Shown here piece after piece: positions 59,826 through 64,000 of a stretch of 64,000 nucleotides of DNA. The stretch comes from Burkholderiales bacterium (GTDB lineage: Bacteria > Pseudomonadota > Gammaproteobacteria > Burkholderiales > SG8-39). The stretch spans positions 240 to 64,239 of the forward strand of contig DATBSZ010000273.1 in NCBI GenBank assembly GCA_036559525.1, read 5' to 3'. The notes beneath the pieces were generated by a model. It worked only from the letters and a program-made list of their open reading frames with translations, was not told where the DNA came from and searched no databases. A program made the translations under genes and the position numbers. Position 1 is the first letter of the stretch; the number at the start of each line of letters is the position of its first letter.

Positions 59826-62800
59826 ATGTCCAAGAAATCCGACCGCGAATCGAAAAAGGCCGTGCGGCGCAAGACCAGTGCCGCCCCAACGAAAAGACGC
59901 CCCCCGCGTCGCACGCGCATGCTGGCGCTCGAGCCGCGCATGCTGTTCGACGGCGCGCTCGGAATCGATCTCGGCGCCAAAGCGGCCGCCGCCCTGCAGG
60001 GAGACGCAGCGGCGCCCGCGGAAAGCACCACGCCGGCGGCGCCGCAGGCGCAGGCCGGCGCGCCGGCCGCGCCCGCCGCGCCCGAGAAGAGCGCTGTCGA
60101 AAAAACCGCCGAGCGGCTCGGCATCGCGCCCGAAGCGCCGGTGCGCAATGAGATCGTGTTCGTCGACTCGACCATCCAGGGCCACGAGGCGCTGATCGCC
60201 GGGCTTAGCCCGACCGCCAAGGTCGTGATGCTCGACCCGACCCGCGATGCCCTCGACCAGATCGCCGACTATATGGACGGCGAGCGCAACGTCGACGCGA
60301 TCCACGTCCTCAGCCACGGCAGCGCCGGCAACCTGATCCTCGCCGGGCAAACCTACTCGGCCGACCGGTTGACGCAGGAGTACGCCACCGACCTCGCGCG
60401 CATCGGCCACGCGCTGAGCGCGGACGGCGACATCCTGCTGTACGGCTGCGATGTCGGCAAAGGCAGCGCCGGCGAGCGCTTCATCGACACGCTGAGCGCA
60501 ATCACCGGCGCGGACATCGCGGCCTCGGTCGACAAGACCGGCGCGGCCGACCTCGGTGGCGACTGGATGCTCGAGGTGAAGACGGGGCAGGTCGAGACCG
60601 TCTCCATTTCGCTCACGCACGAGTGGGATTTCCTGCTGACCGCGCCGCCGGTCAACGTGGGCGGCGCGACCCTCGACTTCGACGGCGCCAACCGCACGCT
60701 CGTTTCCGGCGTCGCCGGCGCGGTGGGCGCGGTCTACAAGTACGCCGACGTCGCGACCATCAATGGCGTGCAGATCGATGCCTACGTCACGATCAGCGGC
60801 ATCACCAACGCGACGCTCGTCAACATCGACAACGATGCACCCGCGAGCTATGTCCCGCCCGCGGGCACGAATGCAGCCAACGTCTTCGCCCCCGAGATCA
60901 GCGTCACCGCGGCCAACGGCAAGATCGACTTCGCGATCAACTTCAAGGATCCGAACGGCAACAACCTGACGCTGCTCAACTTCTACAACAACTCGCTCGA
61001 CATCGACGGCGCGGGCGGCTTCCAGGAATTCGTCGAGTACGGCGGCTTCAAGTCGGTTACGACGGGCAACCCGACCGACCTCGTCATCAGCTCGTCCCCC
61101 GGCAACGACCGTCTGCGCTTTACCGGCAGCAGCGTCTACAACGGTCTCATCGTGAACGACGTGGGGCGCGTGCAGGCGAATTTCGACGCGATCTCGACGC
61201 TGCAGATCTCGATGGGCGCTACCGGCAACACCGGTGGCCTGCGCCAGTACGGCTCGCTGTTCTCCGCGGTTTCATTTGGCAGCCCGGTGACGATTACCGC
61301 GCCGACTTCCGACCTGCTGACCACCGCCGACACCACGCCGATCCTGACGGGCAGCGTTGGCGCTGCTCCGCTCGGCGGCGGCGAGACCTTCAGCGTGACG
61401 GTCAACGGCACGACGTATACGACCGCCAACGGCCTCGGCATCAGCGGGTCGACCTGGTCGCTGGAATTGCCCACGGCGCTCGCTTCCGGCCAGTACGACG
61501 TGCGCGCGGTACGCAGCTCGGCCGGGCTCGATATCGCGGACCAGACCCAGCTCGAGCTCACCATCAACGACGCGCCGACGCTGGCCGACACGGCGCTTAC
61601 GCTCACGGTGGCCGAGGACGCGCCGGCGCCGGCGGGAGCCGTCGGCTCGCTGCTCTCGTCATTCACTGGTGGTATCAGCGACGTCAACGCGGGTGCGGCG
61701 AAGGGCATTGCCATCACCGGTACCAACGAGACCAACGGCACCTGGTACTACACGACGAACGGCGGCACCACTTGGACCGCGGTGAACGCGATCGACGGCA
61801 CCGTGAGCGGGACCAATGCGCTGCTGCTGGCCGACAACGCGAACACACGGCTCTACTTCCGGCCCAACGCCGACTACAACGGCAGCGCACCGGCAGCGCT
61901 GACGCTGCGCGCTTGGGACACGACGAGCGGCACGGCAGGCACCAAGGTCGACCCGGGTTCGGGCGGTGGTTCGCTCGCTTTCTCCACGGCTTCGGATGTG
62001 ATCGACGTGACGGTCACGCCGGCGGCCGATGCGCCGGTGAATACCGTGCCCGGGGCGCAGGGCACCGGGCTCAATATTCCGCTGATTTTCAGCACGGCGA
62101 ACGGCAATGTGCTGAGTGCCGCCGACGTCGACGGCAACCTCGCCACCGTGCGGGTCACGGTGACCAACGGCGTGGCCAACGTCACCCTGTTCGGCGCTGC
62201 GACGATCAGCGCGGGCGCCAACGGGACGAACACGCTGACGATTTCGGGCACGCAGGCGGACATCAACGCCACGCTGAACGGCCTGCGCTACACGCCGACC
62301 GCAGGCTTTACCGGCGCGGCGACGTTGACGCTGCTGTCGACCGACAGCGCCGCGCAGACCGATTCGGATGTCGTCAACATCAACGTGTCGGCCGTGGCGG
62401 CCCTGCCACGCATCGATCTGAACGACGGCTCGGCGTCCGACACCATCGCGGACAACTTTGCCTCCGGCGGCTACGCCGGCTCGAGCGGCAGCGTCAATCT
62501 CTGGACCGGCAGCTGGGTCGAGAGCGACCCCGAAGGCGCGGCGCAGAGCGCCGCCGCGGGCGACGTCCGGGTGACTGCCGGCGCGCTAGTACTCGGTGAT
62601 CCCGGCGCGGACAACGGCGTCGTGGCGGCGAACCGGGCCAGCATCGCCCGGGCGCTCGATCTCTCGAACCACATCAACGCCTCTCTTTCGTTCAACTACA
62701 ACCGCGCCAACCTGGAGGCCGGGGACACCATGCTGGTGGAAGTGTCGACCAACGGCGGCGCCACCTACACCACCGTGGGGACCTTTCCGGGAAGCACCGC

Positions 62801-64000
62801 CGTCGGAGTGCAGAACGTCAGCCTGGCCGGCTACGAATCGGCCAATACGTTGATCCGGTTCCGCCTCAGCACCGACTTCGCCACGAACGAAACGGTGACG
62901 ATCGACAACGTCACCATTACCGCCGAGCCCACCGGCTACACGAATACCTTTACCGAGGCGGTGACCTATGTCGCCGGCGCCGGCGGCGCCGCGATCGCGG
63001 CCGCGGACACCCTCATTACCGATCCGAGCGGCGGCAACCTGGCCGGCGCGATGATTAGGATCGCGACCAATTACCAGAGCGGCGCCGACCTTCTCGAGTT
63101 CACCAACCAGGGCGGGATCACCGGCGTGTTCAACGCGGCGACCGGCACGCTCACCCTGACCGGCAACGCCACGGCGGCTGTCTACACGACGGCGATCGAA
63201 TCGATCCGTTTCAACAACTCCAGCGGCGCGCCCAGCACCAGCCCGCGAACCATCACCGTCGTCGTGACCGATACCACCGGCGCGGCGAGCAATACGGCAA
63301 AAAGCACGATCAACGTCGTCGCGACCAACGATGCCCCGGTCGGGGTTAACGACGCGTCGACCGCGATCGAGGCCGGCGGCGTGGCGAACGCCACGCCGGG
63401 ACTCAATCCGACGGGCAACGTGCTGACCAACGACACGGACGTGGACGCTGGCGATACCAAGACCGTGTCGGCGATCACCGGCGGCACGGTCGGCGTAGCG
63501 AAGGCAGGCAGCTACGGCTCGATCGTGCTCAACGCCAACGGCAGCTACACGTATACCGTGGACAACTCGAACGCCGCGGTCGAGGCGCTGCGCAGTGCAG
63601 CCAGTGAGTTGTACGACACGTTCACCTATACGGTACGCGACACGGCCGGCCTTACCAGCACGGCGACCCTGACGATCACCATTCAGGGCGCGAACGATAC
63701 GGCGACGATCGGTACGCCCAGCGTGGCGGTGGTGACCGAGGACGTCGGCGTCTCCGGCGGCAACCTCAGCGCAACCGGCTCGATCGCAATCAGCGACGTG
63801 GACGACCACGGCGCGATCTTCAGCACCATCGTGGTGCCGGTCGGCAGCCCGCTTGGCGCGCTGGTGCTGGCCGCGGACGGGACCTATACCTACACGGTGT
63901 CGAACGCCGCGGTCCAGAGCCTGGGCGCCGGCCAGACCGCGATCGACACGTTCATGGTGACGAGCGCCGACGGCACGACGCAGAACGTCTCCTTCACGAT
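59826..64000 (+). CDS. Giant DUF4347/cadherin-like/VCBS-repeat surface protein, 5-prime ~1391 codons; continues past the right edge
   Basis: Own translation of the frame from ATG 59826, with no stop up to 64000, so it is absent from the track. The N-terminus is MSKKSDRESKKAVRRKTSAAPTKRRPPRRTRMLALEPRMLFDGALG. A DUF4347-like block follows (EIVFVDSTIQGHEALIAGL...IHVLSHGSAGNLILAG...ILLYGCDVGKG...DIAASVDKTGAADLGGDWMLE). Ig/cadherin-like modules come next. VCBS repeats close the visible part (NDAPVGVNDAS...TNDTDVDAGDT...YTYTVDNSNAAVEAL...DTFTYTVRDTAG). Confidence 0.85.
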   Translation, partial: MSKKSDRESKKAVRRKTSAAPTKRRPPRRTRMLALEPRMLFDGALGIDLGAKAAAALQGDAAAPAESTTPAAPQAQAGAPAAPAAPEKSAVEKTAERLGIAPEAPVRNEIVFVDSTIQGHEALIAGLSPTAKVVMLDPTRDALDQIADYMDGERNVDAIHVLSHGSAGNLILAGQTYSADRLTQEYATDLARIGHALSADGDILLYGCDVGKGSAGERFIDTLSAITGADIAASVDKTGAADLGGDWMLEVKTGQVETVSISLTHEWDFLLTAPPVNVGGATLDFDGANRTLVSGVAGAVGAVYKYADVATINGVQIDAYVTISGITNATLVNIDNDAPASYVPPAGTNAANVFAPEISVTAANGKIDFAINFKDPNGNNLTLLNFYNNSLDIDGAGGFQEFVEYGGFKSVTTGNPTDLVISSSPGNDRLRFTGSSVYNGLIVNDVGRVQANFDAISTLQISMGATGNTGGLRQYGSLFSAVSFGSPVTITAPTSDLLTTADTTPILTGSVGAAPLGGGETFSVTVNGTTYTTANGLGISGSTWSLELPTALASGQYDVRAVRSSAGLDIADQTQLELTINDAPTLADTALTLTVAEDAPAPAGAVGSLLSSFTGGISDVNAGAAKGIAITGTNETNGTWYYTTNGGTTWTAVNAIDGTVSGTNALLLADNANTRLYFRPNADYNGSAPAALTLRAWDTTSGTAGTKVDPGSGGGSLAFSTASDVIDVTVTPAADAPVNTVPGAQGTGLNIPLIFSTANGNVLSAADVDGNLATVRVTVTNGVANVTLFGAATISAGANGTNTLTISGTQADINATLNGLRYTPTAGFTGAATLTLLSTDSAAQTDSDVVNINVSAVAALPRIDLNDGSASDTIADNFASGGYAGSSGSVNLWTGSWVESDPEGAAQSAAAGDVRVTAGALVLGDPGADNGVVAANRASIARALDLSNHINASLSFNYNRANLEAGDTMLVEVSTNGGATYTTVGTFPGSTAVGVQNVSLAGYESANTLIRFRLSTDFATNETVTIDNVTITAEPTGYTNTFTEAVTYVAGAGGAAIAAADTLITDPSGGNLAGAMIRIATNYQSGADLLEFTNQGGITGVFNAATGTLTLTGNATAAVYTTAIESIRFNNSSGAPSTSPRTITVVVTDTTGAASNTAKSTINVVATNDAPVGVNDASTAIEAGGVANATPGLNPTGNVLTNDTDVDAGDTKTVSAITGGTVGVAKAGSYGSIVLNANGSYTYTVDNSNAAVEALRSAASELYDTFTYTVRDTAGLTSTATLTITIQGANDTATIGTPSVAVVTEDVGVSGGNLSATGSIAISDVDDHGAIFSTIVVPVGSPLGALVLAADGTYTYTVSNAAVQSLGAGQTAIDTFMVTSADGTTQNVSFT

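Noticed and set aside
57578-60220. 880-aa minus-strand ORF antisense to the M50::HlyD gene and the adhesin 5-prime end
   Set aside because: Its composition is Arg/Ala/Gly/Pro-rich and low in complexity, with no recognisable motifs. The plus-strand frames carry clear catalytic motifs and domain structure. This is a typical spurious long ORF on the antisense strand of GC-rich genes.
60623-62599. 658-aa plus-strand ORF (Arg/Gly/Asp-rich) inside the adhesin region
   Set aside because: It is an alternative frame of the giant adhesin gene. The adhesin frame, open from 59826 to the window end, gives coherent Ig/cadherin/VCBS repeats, whereas this frame is low-complexity RGD/RRR text.

Overview
High-GC proteobacterial chromosome segment with beta/gamma-proteobacterial synteny. 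It is almost entirely coding (about 65 genes) and many gene junctions have overlapping stop and start codons. Core blocks: hupB; accA-tilS; ndk-rlmN-pilW-rodZ-ispG-hisS-yfgM-bamB-der; leuCDB-asd-fimV-truA-trpFBA-accD-folC-dedD-cvpA-purF-metZ; lpxH-ppiA and cysS.

Accessory material between these blocks:
- an HNH endonuclease / conserved-unknown / AlkA-like trio
- a decayed BrnT-like toxin with an intact antitoxin between hisS and yfgM
- a 14-gene minus-strand aryl-polyene/xanthomonadin-like type II PKS and lipid-export operon, with a divergent halogenase-like gene and a TetR regulator (14.4-27.9 kb)
- a 985-aa fused polytopic-membrane/spermidine-synthase-like protein with a divergent MFS gene
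- an ATP-dependent DNA ligase wedged into accD-folC
- an orphan MASE1 histidine kinase
- an L,D-transpeptidase/TPR pair that shares a C-terminal domain
- at the right edge, a site-2-protease(M50)::HlyD fusion gene immediately followed by a giant DUF4347/VCBS repeat protein that runs off the window

I saw no rRNA, tRNA, CRISPR array, transposase or integrase. The best candidate for an undescribed system is the M50::HlyD plus giant-adhesin operon. The second is the reduced, halogenase-associated aryl-polyene-like cluster. Several conserved genes (truA, cysS, the MASE1 kinase) have no ATG/GTG/TTG where their conserved N-termini begin. All family assignments rest on my own reading of the translations and motifs; no database search was run.
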